A DNA stretch of 64,000 bases from Piromyces finnis finn (Eukaryota > Fungi > Neocallimastigomycota). A model generated the notes under the pieces. That model saw nothing but the letters and a program-made list of their open reading frames with translations. It did not search any database and had not been told where the DNA came from. The position numbers were made by a program, and so were the translations under genes. The stretch is from the NCBI GenBank assembly GCA_002104945.1, contig MCFH01000002.1, positions 1,054,001 to 1,118,000 of the forward strand, written 5' to 3'. Below are positions 1 to 13,996 of this stretch, piece by piece. Position 1 is the first letter of the stretch, and every line of letters begins with the position of its first letter.

Positions 1-1760
1 AAAAGAAGTAAAGAAAATAAAAAAAAATATATATATATATATTAATAATAATAAAATTAAAATAAAAGTAAGAAATATATATTATTCATTTAAATAAGGA
101 TTGCAATATTTTTATAAAGATAATAAAAGTAATGCATTTACATAAGTAATAATTATTAAAAACAAAAAAAAAGGAAAAGGAAAGAAAAATTAATTATTAA
201 CATGAAATATTATAAAATAAAAAAAAAAAATAAATATTTCTTAAAATGGATCTTTTTTTTTTATTAAAAAATATTTTAATTATTTTAATTTTTTGTGTTT
301 TTGCAACTTTAGAAGAAAGTTTAACTCATTTATATGGAACCAAAATATTTGAAAGGGTTAAAATATTAATCTACAGTTTAATAATCAAATTTTAAAATAA
401 AAAAGCTTTTGAGTTAAAATTATTGATTTTTATATATATATTTATATATATATATAATAGCAATATTTATTGTATATGTTTCATATTCCTGATATAATGA
501 GATAAAATAACAAAAAAGAAATAATTAAAAAAACTTGAACTATCTATAAATAGGTAAACTCTTCAATATATCAATTTATGAATAAATAAAAAAAACAAGT
601 TCTAAAACTTTATAACTGTTTACTATCAAATCATATATATTACTATTAAAATTAAATTCAAGTATATAAATATTTATTTTTTTAAAAAAAAAATATGTAA
701 CTATGTTAAACAATTATAATATATAGCGTAGAAATAACTTTCAAAATTAAAAAGATCATTGATAAGCATAAATATATATAGTTTATATTTCTTTATTACA
801 TCAAACAATCAATATATTTTAATAATACGAATTTTATACCTATATATAGTTTGAAAGTAATGGTTTTTATATTATATAAGAAACAAAAGATATAATTATA
901 TAAAAATTATTTCAATTTAAATATCACTGTTAAGTAAAAATAATAATAAATAGAGTTTATATAATTTGGTATTCATTGAAATATTTTACACAATATTCTT
1001 TTTTTTTTTTTTTGATACAGCTATTTTACATAAAAATACTTTTTATTAAACTTTAAAGGCAAATTCTACAACATTATATATTATACCAATTAATGTAATT
1101 TATAAATATATTAAATATATTAATTATATACTCTTTATTAGTAATGCTATTATTATAATATGATTATAATACTCTATTATGGAAATACTTTTTTGAATCT
1201 TATAAATTATTTAGATTATAGAAAATAGAAATAGTTACTGTACATTATTTATTGAATTAATGTATACATTGAACTTTGTATAAAAACTTTAAAAAAATTG
1301 CTTATTTATTTACTTTTATTTCTGGTAATTATTAGGCTAAGTAATTTTAAAATTACTTTTTTATCCATGATTAAATAATATATGTATTTATATATTATAA
1401 AATTAATTTATTTTAAATAGAAAGTAATAAATAAATTATTGGTTATATATAAATAAATGAATATTAATTATCTAAATAAATTATGTTTTTATGAAAATTT
1501 ATCCACAGATTTAATTAAAAAATCAAATAAATTAATATAAAAGGAAATTAAAAAATGTACATTAAAATGTACTACATATCGTAGATGCCAAATGTATAAT
1601 TTCAATAATAAACTTTGTAGAAATTAGTTTATGTTTATAGTAAAATGAAAATAATGAGAGTGATTAATAACTAATATTATATATATAAAATTAAAAATTA
1701 ATAAATAACAATATCATAACTATTACTACTATTACTACTACTATTAATAATAAAAATATT

Positions 1761-1762
1761 AA

Positions 1763-1849
<87 letters not shown>

Positions 1850-1850
1850 A
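1761..1850. repeat. (TAAA)n tetranucleotide microsatellite, ~22 units
   Basis: Uninterrupted AATA/TAAA array read directly; it explains the spurious FIYL-repeat ORF 1698..1883. Confidence 0.97.
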
Positions 1851-2853
1851 AAACATGTTTTTTATGGCTATGGCTAGATACATTTTTGAATTTTTAGTTT
1901 GTTTACCTTTAAAAAATATATTAATATTTTTATTATATTAATTATATATTCATAATAATTTTTTAAGATAATTTTTCCTTTTTTGTATAAAGAAATCGTT
2001 TCTACCAATTTATTTAATAATTAATACATTTATTCATTTACTAATAATATTTGTTTTATAATACTTTTATTTAATTAAATAAAGGAAAATCTTTCTTTGT
2101 CTTTATACTATTAATATTATCTACATATATAATTAATATATTCTGTATATTTATATATTATATGTTATATTTATATTATTTATAATATATCATTTTTTAT
2201 ATAATTAGAATTATTAATAATAAAATTTTTTTTTTTATAAAATAAGAGAAAATTGTAGTGCCACCTAATTAGGAGTTTTATTTACTATTAATTAAAGTTT
2301 AATTATAAGTTTATATACATTAATTATATAATAAAGTATACTAACTTATTTAAAAATAAAAAAAGTAAAAAATGGCAAAATGTCATTTATAATTTTTAAT
2401 ATTATTCTTACCAATATAATTCTCTCACAATAATCTAACCCATTACATACACAGGCCACCTAATTTTAATTTAAGTACAGAAAGAATATTAAACAATAAA
2501 AACTAAATGTATATATTATAATAAACTAAATAAATTTATAATAAACCAATAAATAACAATCAAGTTTATCGTCATTCTTTCCCATTATCCATACCATTTA
2601 TTTATAAATAAGAATAATGATAGAAAATGCTTAATAATGATTAATAGATAAAGTTGTCATAAATTTTACATATTTTAAATCCTTATGATAAAATAAATAG
2701 GTATTAAATATGTCATTTATAGTGTTTATTATAAACTTTGTAATTATTTGGTTATTATTTTATTAATAAATATGTAAATTAATATTGACTAATACCTTTT
2801 TGTGGTAGGAAATACAAGAACTTTTAAAATTTTCAGTTAATAATTTCTTAATA

Positions 2854-2990
<137 letters not shown>

Positions 2991-5942
2991 CTTTGTTTCA
3001 TTTTTTTATAGTAAACTTTATTTACTAATTATTTTCTTTTTTTAGCATTATTTTTCAATAACAAAAAAAATTGTTTCAATAAACCTGATTTATAATAAAA
3101 TATATAATAATATTTCATATATTATAATATAATTTATTATACACGAATATCATTATTTAATTAGGTAATTTATGTATGATCATATATAAATTATTCAACT
3201 TTTATATATTTAAAGTAAAAATAATAAATTGAAATCTTTTCATATAATTGGCAAGAAAAATATATTCAATTAAAATAGAATGGAAAAAAACTATTCTTAA
3301 TAATTAATTTATAATATATAAAATAATATTATAATAAAATCGTTATATAGATTGTTTTATAATTTAATATATTATGGATTATATTATTTATTTATATTAT
3401 TTATTTATATTAAATAAACATACTAAATTAATATTAATATAAGTTTATATTATTTATTTATATTGAAATACCATACTTAATATATACTTATGTGTATAAT
3501 CATAATAAATAATAATTTATAATCAATTTGATGACATGTATCATAAAAAATACTTTTTCATATATTATTTTATATTTTAATAAATTGACAGAATTGTTTA
3601 ATTCTATTTTTTTATTAATTATATAAAAGTTTATTATAATAAAATAAAATGTTATATATTAATTAAATTATATAATATATTATATGTGTAATATGTTTGA
3701 GAAATAACTATAATTTATATTTGTACTAAATATACTCTATTGAACTATAATAAAGCATATAAATCTTAATTATTATAGAATTAAAATTTTATATTAGTAT
3801 AAACTATTAAATCAGAATTTCAGTTTATCATAAATATTTATTAAAGGTGGCGTATATTAATACTATAATTGGCGTAAGGTCATTCATACACATAAATAAA
3901 TGTAAGTTCTTAGTATTTTAATGCTTTTATGTTTTATTTATATATAACTTTTATAACTTTATTATATTAAGAGTATTAAATTAAACTTTATATTAAATAA
4001 TTAAATTAAATTATATTATATTTATATATTATAAAGAATAATTATAAAAGAAACACGCTTATAATTGAATTTAAAAAGATAAACCAAATAATCATTTAAA
4101 ATCCTTAAAAATAAAATTGTATTGAACCGAGTGATATCAAATAGGAATAATAACTAATAATAATTAAAAAAACTATAATAAATATAGAAAAATTTATTGT
4201 TTAGTAGAAATACTATATGTAATCAAATAAACCTATTTTATATATTTAATTATTATAATACATCGACAATAACAATTGGTATTATAATTACTTTCTATTG
4301 CTTAATTTTTTATTTATTTATTTTGCCATGTAATTATGTAATTGCCATGATTATGGTATGATTTCTTGCTAATCTTTGTTATAAAGTAAAAAAAAAAAGA
4401 TTTTTAATTAATATATATCTTTTTTTTTTTATTAAATTTATTATAAAATAAGGTTTATAATTTTATTAAAAAAAATAGTTTAGTTAATAAATAGTAATAA
4501 TACAAATAATAAAAAAAAATTCATTTTATAGTTTTAATTTTTATTTATTTTTTTTTTTTTTTATTTTCTCTATTATATAAAATATTAAATAATAGTTTAT
4601 ATAATACATGATCAATATTAAACTATCATTATTATAATCCTGCAATAAGATTAATAAATGCTATTTATCTAATTCAGTGATTATAATAGTTTAATATTGC
4701 AATTTATCCTTTAACCTTTTTATTTATTTTATAGAAATCTATTATTATTAAATTATTTATTTTTTTAAATTAAAATATTACCATTTTCTAAAAAGAAAGA
4801 TATAATTTATTATAAATATATACTTTTAATGTTATATTTTATAGTAGATTATATATTATAATAATAACATAACATGGAATTAACAAAATTCAGCATTCAA
4901 TTATTTTTTTAAAAATTTCAAACATTTTAATATTTATATAACAACAAAAATCAGTAATATTAAAATATAAAAGAAAAAAAAAGTTTTAAAGAAAATCTTC
5001 ATAGAATAATAATAAAAAAAGATGCATAAATATATTATTTTAAATCTTTGTTATGATATATAGAAAATATATATATATTTTTTTAAAAAAATAGATATCA
5101 ATTCAAAATAGAATAACATTAAAGTGGAAACCACTTTTTGACTATATACATTATGTTTTTTCGACTTCTATAAAATATTATAGATTACAAAATTTTATAT
5201 TTTTTTTTATTTCTTTAAAATATATTAATTAAAAAAACATTAATTATCAAGTGAATTGATTTGTGCAATTATTTTTATTTAAAAAAGGTAAATTTTATTT
5301 ATATAATAAACAATTAGTATTTTTTGAAAGTGTTTTCTTTGTTATTAATACTAATATATATTAATTTTAAAAGTATAAAATTTTGTTATATAAAAGCCAT
5401 TTTTATTAGAATGCTTTATCATAAATCAAATCGAAAAAAATTATTTTTATAATAAAATTTGAATGAAAATTTGTTAATTTTAGTTTAGAAATATTTTTTT
5501 TTAAATTTATATTATAAGAAATTAAAAATAAAAGGTTAAAATTAAATTTAAATGCAATATAAAATTTTATATAAATAGAAAGCCATATATAATTAACAAA
5601 GTAGATGCAAAAAATATATATTAAAAATAAAAGTAATATTACTGTTAATTAAATAAATATTATTAAACAATGAAAATAACAATAACAACAACAACAACAA
5701 AAAAAAACAAACAAAAAAAAACACACACACATTCATTAATTATTAGAGATCTATTGCAATGCATAAAATTAGATTTTAACGAGTTTAAAAAAAATTAGAC
5801 TTTTTTATAGAATATTTAATATTTTTTAATATTATTATTATGCTTAATATATTTAATTTAATGCTATTTTTTTACTTTGAAATCTTTTAACATTAACCTT
5901 TATAATCTTTATAGAAACTACTATTCATATTTTCTAGTTAAA

Positions 5943-8900
5943 ATGGAGAAGGAATCAACACTGTTGAAATACGATAATCAACCCAATAATTTCCAATATA
6001 CGGGTGAAAATATAAAAAAAGAGAAAAGCTTAAAAAGTAATTACTCAAATTCTTCATCAGTTGAAACACAGTATGATAAAAATGATAATTCACAACAGAA
6101 AAATGAATCGGATTCAATAAATAAGGATAGGGAATCAGTAAATGAAGTCACTACCCTAATAAATTATAATTTAAGTCGAAAATATGAAAAATCAGAAAGT
6201 CAAACAATAGTAAGTAGCTTCAATAAAGTTACTGAAGCTTCATCAGAATTAAAAAATAACCAAATTATAACAAATATAAAAGAATCTACTATATCACCAG
6301 CAAAAGTAGTTGAGCAAAAAAATTCAAATATATCTTCAATAGAAGATATGGACGATGCTAAAAAAGGATCAATTGTTAATTCAAATCCTGAAAATGAAAA
6401 AGATAGCAGCATTGATTCTGTCACCTCATCCGTAGTATATTCATATTCATTAAGTACAAAAACATTAACTCCAAAATTAAAAGCTGCTTCATCGAAGTCT
6501 GAAATGAATATACCATCAATAGTAGATATAAATACTAAATATCATGATATATCAAAGATGCCCCTTTCCACTCCTCAAACAAGTACACCAAAAACACCAA
6601 AAATGGCGAGTTTCATAAACAATACATCATACTTTTCAAGTTCACCTGTATCAGCAGCAACACCATCATGTATGACTCCATATCATAATAAAATATTTGA
6701 GTTAAAAGAAAATAATAATAATTTACTAAGATCAGAATCATCACCGTCTATATTAAAAACAGATCCTAATGCAAAATCTATTAATATCTCAGGTGATTCT
6801 TCATTAAAAACTGAATCACAACTTTCTAATTTAAAAAATAAAAGTTTATTAAATCGATTAAGAAAAAAGGAAGTAATAAAAGAATTAATGGAGTCAGAAA
6901 GACTCTATGTATCAGATTTACAAATGTTAATCGAAAATTGCTTTAATCCATTAGAAGCAGTATCGTGGCTTCCATTAAATGAAAAATGTCTTTTAATAAG
7001 AAATATACAGGAATTATTTGCATTCCAACAGGAATTTTTAGAGGATATGGAATTGTCAGTAAAAGATTTAAAAGAAAAATTAGCTGATGATTCAGTAAAA
7101 GAAAATTCATATACAGAAGAAGAAATGGATAAAGTAATGAATGAATGTGTACGGAGTATTAGCGATTGCTTTATTCGGCGTAAAAAGAAGTTTAAAGTAT
7201 ATTCTGAATTTTGTTCACTTCATCAAGAAGCCATAAATATCTTTAGAGAATACGAACGAAAACCCGAAATGATATCATTTATACGGGATTTCAATGGTAA
7301 GACACACTCTAGATTACATTTACAAGACTTTTTAATTAAACCTGTTCAACGTATCTGTAAATACCCTCTTTTATTAAAGGAACTCATTCATTATTCAGAT
7401 GAAAACTGCGAAGAAATAAATGGCTTGAAGGAGGCTCTTACTGTAATGTCAGAAGTTGCACGTGAGATAGATCATGTTAAATGGTTAATCGAACGTGTTC
7501 AGCGTACGGATAAATTTGTTGATCGTTTAGATATCCAGGATCAATTTAAATATATTATTATGAAAAGGTATGGAGATATGATATTGAGTACAGGTTTAGA
7601 AGTAGTTATGGAAAAGGAAAGAGTAAACTATCGTGGTGTATTCTTGTTCCGCAAACACATGTTTATTGTAAAGCCAAAGCGTTCGAAGAATTATAGAGTA
7701 AAGATGCATTTAATTTTAGATGAGTTCTATTTCCAAGCATATCCAGAATCAAATTGTTTCCGTTTAATTCAAAAAAATACTGGTATAATTATCGATTTTT
7801 TTGCTTTTTCAACGGTAGAAAGTAAAGTTTGGATTGAATTAATGGAAACTTTGGTGGAACCTTTGGAAGAAATTGCTGATAAAAATAAGATTTTCTATAT
7901 TAAGGCGAAGAATTCTTATGAGTCCCATTTTTCACGTTTCTCTCTTGAATTGAAAACTTTAAATAATAGTTCTAATCAGAAAAATAATAATTTAAGAAGA
8001 GCAGCTTCGTCTTCATTAGTAAATTCCAATCTTGAACCTCTTCGTCCAATTGATCCAAGTTTGAAATTTACTAAGAGAGATAGTCTTCAATCCTGTACAA
8101 GTATAGATAAAAAAGATTCAATAGATTCCTACAATTCTTGTCGAACTGATAGTAAATCTATAAGTAGTCAAGGAATGGGACACTTATCAAATGACCTTCT
8201 TTCTTTTAATTCAACACCAAAGATTAACCCAATTCAAACTTCAACATCTTTAAAATCTCAATCTCTAACAGATAAAACTGAAAATCAAGGTACGCTTTCT
8301 ACAAACAAATCTTTAATTTGTTCTGCTAATACTGTAAAATTAAATTCACTTAAAAACAAAAATTCTGGTATTTACACTGGTACTAACGGAACAATATCGT
8401 CAACATTAATTTCTTCTACGGTAGAAACAGAAGTCAGCTCAAATGGAAGTGAAATGTTTCTTTTTGAAAATCCTATTATGGATCATGAATTAGTTATTAG
8501 TGAACCAGGTGTTATAAATGAAACAGCTATAACACCTAAGCATTTGGTTAGTGAACCAGAGTATATCAAAGGAGCTATACCGAAAAAATTAGATTTGATA
8601 TCTGATACTGTCAATAAGACAGATAACCTCAGTTCAACAATTAATCTTCCTCCAAAGTATAAATTAATTGATTCAAAATTCTATGATGTTTATACCTATC
8701 TTTTCACTAATAATGATATTCAAAAAATATTTTCAAATTTAATGTATCGTTCTCATGAATTTGATCATTTACTATACCATAAAAAAACTGCACGTTCACG
8801 TTCTAATTCATGTCCACGTGAAAGATATATTTTTAGAAGCAGCAAGGATCGTAAAGACAAAGATAAGTTAAATTCCAATTATTATATGTCCTCGTTGGAT

Positions 8901-11147
8901 GATAAAAATAGTAGTAAAAGCGATAACCGTTCCAGTTTGTACATATCAATTTATAATAATGATGACACTAATAATTTCAGTAGTGATAGTCGCTCCATCA
9001 AATCAAGCCGTTCTAGTGTAAACCTTTATCATTTAAGTGAAGAAGCTATTACACCACCTCCACCCCCCAACATCTTTAAGCATACCAAAAATAATAGTAG
9101 TTATTCTTCTGTACGAAAGACATCAAGTACCATTCCTGATGATGCTTCCGTAAATTCATTTAATAGTGTTAAGTATCGTAAGAGACACTCAATTAGTATT
9201 TTTAAATCTAATACAGCACCTTCACAAATACTTGAACCTACACGTACCTTTATTCATGATAGTCAAATTGTAGTAGTTGATTCACCATCAAGTCGCTGCT
9301 ATTCTAGTCTTACTGATAAAATGATTGATCAAGATATTAATTTTTACTTTGAAACCATACAACAATCCCCAAAAGATAGTAATGATATGGATGGTCATAA
9401 TCTTCCACCATCCTTAGATACCCATTCGATTAAAGATCATTTTAATTCAAACCCAATAAATAAAACTCCAACATCATATCGTAAGACTATTGCAATCATG
9501 GATGTTAATACTTTAAACAATTTACAAAAATATGGTACGGAAGATGATGCCAAATCTATAAGTAAGGCTAGTACAGAAGATTCTCTAGATACCTCTTCTG
9601 TAAATGAAGACAATAATTCAAGTGTTAGTTACTATCAAAATCGTCATTCTCTTGCCATTGATCAAAAGAGAATGGAAACACATAGTCGTACCTATGGCAA
9701 AGTTAAAAATAAAAAGGATAAAAGAGTTCTTTTTGGAAATATTAAAAAGATATTTACTTCTAGTACAAGACATGGCTCATCTTCTTCATCTACATCAACT
9801 TCAGCTCTACCAAAGTACAACAGTAGAAAAGACAAGAGTTACTCAAATTATATTTTACCCAAATACTCAAGTGAAAGTAATTTAAATTGTCGGTTAAATA
9901 ATGCTATACGTTCACCAAACCTTTCTCCTATTATGAATAAATTTTCAAAGAGTGAATGTGACGTTACTTTGAGCTCCATACAATCCCCTCTTCTTCGAAT
10001 TAAATCTCCTCTCGCGGAACATGTTGTAAATAATTTAAATTCTTCTGGTCAGGAATTCAATCATAATAAAGAAAATAACAGTACATTAGGTAGTAGTATT
10101 ACAACACCTATTGAATCTTCTCTTTTTGAAGAAGAAGATGCTTCAGAATTTAGTAGTATCAATAGTATGAATAGTATGGATCATCTTAATAAGGATTCAG
10201 ATATAGAGAGTGATATTGGTATTGATCTTCATTTTTCTTCCATAAAAGATTCATCACCAATAACTCCAATCAAAGTCGATAATAGTGAATTAATGGAAAA
10301 ATCCAAAACTGGAAAATATCAGAGTACAATTGAAAATCATAGTAGTACATCCAATATTTCACCACATTATAAAACCACACAATCATTAAATAGTCCAAGC
10401 TCACCTTATTATCGAAGTAGTCCAATATCAACGCTAAATAAAAAATCATCTGAACTATTAAATAAGGCATCTCATATGAGTGAATCTTATAATTCTAATA
10501 CTTCAAACATTTCAAATATATCTCATGTACAAAATCGTTCATTTAATTCTCTTAAATCGAATACTTCCGTAAATAGTAACAAAACCAATAAGTCCTCATC
10601 TTCTTCAGTGGTTAAAAAATTTTATTTAGATCAAAAGGATATTGTTATTCCCTATCCTGATAAAAAACCTACCTCATTAAATTCCATATCATCCAATGAA
10701 TCTATGAGGGCTTATTCCCCATTGAGTAAATTTAATAAGCATACTACTGCGTCATCGTCCATCAACGAGCAAGATTCTTTTATTTCTCTCAACAATTCTA
10801 ATACAAGTCATTTAAATGATAAATTTAATGGTGATGCATCAGAATTACCTCATTTAAATATTATTGAAGAAACAAGATCAATTCATAGTAATGAAGATGA
10901 TGATAGTGATTTATCTAAAGATGTTACCAAAAATTTTACAACAAATTCAAAGGAATCTAATGATAAAGTAATGACTAATATTACTGTAAATACAAGTCAT
11001 TTAAATCATTCAGCCTCTAATTCGACTCTTTCAAGTAATCAAAGTAATATTAATAGTGCAAGTTCTACACCAAATAGTTCACGTCCACAATTAAAAAAGA
11101 ATAAGACAATTTCATTGAAATTAATTAATTTAAAAAAAATATTTTAA
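5943..11147 (+). CDS. Dbl-family RhoGEF (DH-PH tandem) with long Ser/Asn-rich N- and C-terminal tails
   Basis: Single 5.2-kb ORF. DH motifs RKKEVIKELMESERLYVSDL and QDFLIKPVQRICKYPLLLKEL (~6860-7480) are followed by a PH-like segment (VFLFRKHMFIVK...VWIELM). First in-frame ATG is 5943; an acceptor-like TTTCTAG at 5931-5937 means an upstream exon is possible. Confidence 0.9.
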   Translation: MEKESTLLKYDNQPNNFQYTGENIKKEKSLKSNYSNSSSVETQYDKNDNSQQKNESDSINKDRESVNEVTTLINYNLSRKYEKSESQTIVSSFNKVTEASSELKNNQIITNIKESTISPAKVVEQKNSNISSIEDMDDAKKGSIVNSNPENEKDSSIDSVTSSVVYSYSLSTKTLTPKLKAASSKSEMNIPSIVDINTKYHDISKMPLSTPQTSTPKTPKMASFINNTSYFSSSPVSAATPSCMTPYHNKIFELKENNNNLLRSESSPSILKTDPNAKSINISGDSSLKTESQLSNLKNKSLLNRLRKKEVIKELMESERLYVSDLQMLIENCFNPLEAVSWLPLNEKCLLIRNIQELFAFQQEFLEDMELSVKDLKEKLADDSVKENSYTEEEMDKVMNECVRSISDCFIRRKKKFKVYSEFCSLHQEAINIFREYERKPEMISFIRDFNGKTHSRLHLQDFLIKPVQRICKYPLLLKELIHYSDENCEEINGLKEALTVMSEVAREIDHVKWLIERVQRTDKFVDRLDIQDQFKYIIMKRYGDMILSTGLEVVMEKERVNYRGVFLFRKHMFIVKPKRSKNYRVKMHLILDEFYFQAYPESNCFRLIQKNTGIIIDFFAFSTVESKVWIELMETLVEPLEEIADKNKIFYIKAKNSYESHFSRFSLELKTLNNSSNQKNNNLRRAASSSLVNSNLEPLRPIDPSLKFTKRDSLQSCTSIDKKDSIDSYNSCRTDSKSISSQGMGHLSNDLLSFNSTPKINPIQTSTSLKSQSLTDKTENQGTLSTNKSLICSANTVKLNSLKNKNSGIYTGTNGTISSTLISSTVETEVSSNGSEMFLFENPIMDHELVISEPGVINETAITPKHLVSEPEYIKGAIPKKLDLISDTVNKTDNLSSTINLPPKYKLIDSKFYDVYTYLFTNNDIQKIFSNLMYRSHEFDHLLYHKKTARSRSNSCPRERYIFRSSKDRKDKDKLNSNYYMSSLDDKNSSKSDNRSSLYISIYNNDDTNNFSSDSRSIKSSRSSVNLYHLSEEAITPPPPPNIFKHTKNNSSYSSVRKTSSTIPDDASVNSFNSVKYRKRHSISIFKSNTAPSQILEPTRTFIHDSQIVVVDSPSSRCYSSLTDKMIDQDINFYFETIQQSPKDSNDMDGHNLPPSLDTHSIKDHFNSNPINKTPTSYRKTIAIMDVNTLNNLQKYGTEDDAKSISKASTEDSLDTSSVNEDNNSSVSYYQNRHSLAIDQKRMETHSRTYGKVKNKKDKRVLFGNIKKIFTSSTRHGSSSSSTSTSALPKYNSRKDKSYSNYILPKYSSESNLNCRLNNAIRSPNLSPIMNKFSKSECDVTLSSIQSPLLRIKSPLAEHVVNNLNSSGQEFNHNKENNSTLGSSITTPIESSLFEEEDASEFSSINSMNSMDHLNKDSDIESDIGIDLHFSSIKDSSPITPIKVDNSELMEKSKTGKYQSTIENHSSTSNISPHYKTTQSLNSPSSPYYRSSPISTLNKKSSELLNKASHMSESYNSNTSNISNISHVQNRSFNSLKSNTSVNSNKTNKSSSSSVVKKFYLDQKDIVIPYPDKKPTSLNSISSNESMRAYSPLSKFNKHTTASSSINEQDSFISLNNSNTSHLNDKFNGDASELPHLNIIEETRSIHSNEDDDSDLSKDVTKNFTTNSKESNDKVMTNITVNTSHLNHSASNSTLSSNQSNINSASSTPNSSRPQLKKNKTISLKLINLKKIF

Positions 11148-11696
11148 TTTAAATAATTTATCTATAAAAATAATTTTTTTTTTCAAATATATATTTATTT
11201 CGACAATTTTATTAAATAATGAATGGTAAATCAATACAACAAAATTATGAAATAATCAAAAATATTTTTTTTTTTTTTTTGCAAAAAATAAAAAAAAAAC
11301 ATGATATCTATCGATCAGAATTTAATTTTCTATATAATATTATTTTAATTTAATTATTTTTTGAAATAATTAATTTAAGAATGTAAATATATATCAATAC
11401 TATTATTTTTATTAATTATTTAAAAATAAATTTTTTTAATCATATATTTAAGAAATTTTTTTTCTTTTTTTTTTTTTGAAAAAAAAAAAAAAAAAGTTTT
11501 GAACATACAAAAACTACATTTTATATATTATTATTATTATCACCACTATTGCTATTTTTTTTTTTTCTATTTACAAAAGAAAAAAAAAAATAAGGAATAT
11601 AAATTAAAACATATATATTATATGTATATTTTTTAATATATAATTCCTTTTTTTTTTTTTTTTTTATTTTCTACTTTTTTGAAAGAAGACATATAG

Positions 11697-11727
<31 letters not shown>

Positions 11728-12903
11728 AAAATTAATAATATAAAAAAGTTTAAGTAATAAAACAAAAAATATTTTGGTGTGAACTTTTGTTAACAAAACA
11801 TTAAATTTTTTTATAATTATGTATTATATATAACAAAACAAAAAAATGTGCACTAAATATTTAATATAAAGATGAAAAATCATACTTGCATTAAAACAAT
11901 CAATAGTAATAATAATAAAAGGAAATAGCATATAATATAAAATTTAATAATAATAAATCTAAAATCCAAATATCCAAATATCCAAATATATATAAAAATA
12001 TAATTATGATTTATATAATTTATTTTTAAAAAAAATTTTAAAACAAAAATTACGAAAACATTTAATGGGAAGAAAGGAAGTGTGAAAGAATAAACTGAAG
12101 AAAACTAAGCTTGCATTATTTATTTCTAAAAAGAAAAAGAAATAAAAAGATTATCAATATTTATATAAGACAAAAGATTCTTATTTAAATACACCTTTTT
12201 TTTTTTTAAATATTTATTCAGTATTTTTTTTTTTAATGATCTATATCCTTTAATACAACTATAATATTTATATAATATATTTATATATATAATATAAAAA
12301 TTAAACTCTTTATTTTTTATAATTTATTTTTATATTTATGTATAATGAAATAAAAATTAATAGTATTTTCATTTTAATCTTTGTTATTACTTGATAAAAA
12401 ATATAATAAAAAACAAAAAATATAGTAATTTTATAAAGTTAAAAGTATAAATACACTATATCTTTTAGCTTTTTGATTTTTTTTAAAAAAAAAATATTTA
12501 AAATTTTCGTGTAACATTCAGCTTTTTTTTTTATCCAAAATTATACAGAAATATTTATTATTATATAATTTATTTACTTATTATAACATTTATTCATTAA
12601 TATATTTATAGTAGTGAATTATAATATAATTTATTTTTGTTCAATAAAATCACAAATCTAAATTAAATTTTAATATAATTATAATTTCATTAAAAATTAT
12701 ATAACAAAAAAACATTTCATTATTGTATAAACTTTTTAATATATAAAATAATATCTACTAACAAATTTATTATATAAAATAAATTAATAAATTTTACTAT
12801 TTTTTTATCATTTTAAAAGTATATAAAAATAGAATCAGTAGGCTCGAAAATAATAATAATAAATAAGAAAAAGAAAAACTTTTTATTTTTATAATAAAAG
12901 TAA

Positions 12904-12934
<31 letters not shown>

Positions 12935-12948
12935 CAATATAATAAAAC

Positions 12949-13922
12949 ATGGATTTATCTGAAGCATTTAGTAATTTTTTTTTTATTAATTAAATCTAAA
13001 ATTTCTTTTATTGTATTATAAAAATTATTAACATTTACTTTTTATCTTTTTTCTTCTATATTATATTATTATATGTTATATATTACATTAATTTTTTATT
13101 CATACTTAATTCAACAAACAAACCTATATTTCATCTATATGCTCTATATGTACCCTTCATAAATAAATTAAATATAAATAAATAATAATAATTATATATA
13201 TATATATATATATAGAGAAAATTAAGGAAGCCGAAAAATAGTAAACATCAATAACAATTTAAAGATACTTTGAAAACTTTTTTTGACTTATTATTGAAGG
13301 AAATTTAATTTTTGGATTTAAAAGGACTATTTCATTCAACCTAGATATTAGTTAAACATAATAAAAATTTTGTTGATTATAACAAATAAAATTAATATAT
13401 ATTTTAAAGAAAAGATACTATATTTTCATAATTCTATTATTGGCAAAATTCCATAAAAGATTAATTAAAAAACAAAATATTGAATGGTACCTTTTTTCAT
13501 CACCATAATTCTAACAAGAATTGATAGTATTATATATAAAAATCCAATTAATAATAACAATAATAAATGAAAATAAAACAATATTTAATACTTTAATACT
13601 GTTATCATATATATAATAATATAATAATGAATAATATATATAAGGAGCGAATAAAAGTATTCAAATTCAATATTCTTTTCTAAACATTAAATTAATTTTT
13701 ATCAATTCTATTAATTTAATAATTAATATGATTTAATATTAATAACAACAATAATATATAATATAATACTAAATTTTCTAAATTTTAAAAACTCCCAATA
13801 TTTAATAGTGCTCATCCAAAATCTTCATTCTTCTTTAAAAAAAGTCCAGAATGGGCTGAAGCTGCCCATTGTTATGAAACCGCAGGTAATATATAAAACT
13901 ATATATAAAATAAAGTAAAGTA

Positions 13923-13996
<74 letters not shown>

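Noticed and set aside
246-395. 49-codon ORF MDLFFLLKNILIILIFCVFATLEES..., signal-peptide-like
   Set aside because: Hydrophobicity is expected from T-rich DNA; no joinable downstream exon or recognisable motif.
1698-1883. 61-aa FIYL-repeat ORF
   Set aside because: Translation of the (TAAA)n microsatellite.
4321-4356. TTGCCATG twice, resembling an RFX X-box half-site
   Set aside because: The second half-site (GYAAC) is missing and the site is not next to a ciliary gene.
5121-5137. Palindrome AAAGTGG-AAA-CCACTTT upstream of the RhoGEF
   Set aside because: Single 7-bp stem with no second copy; insufficient evidence.
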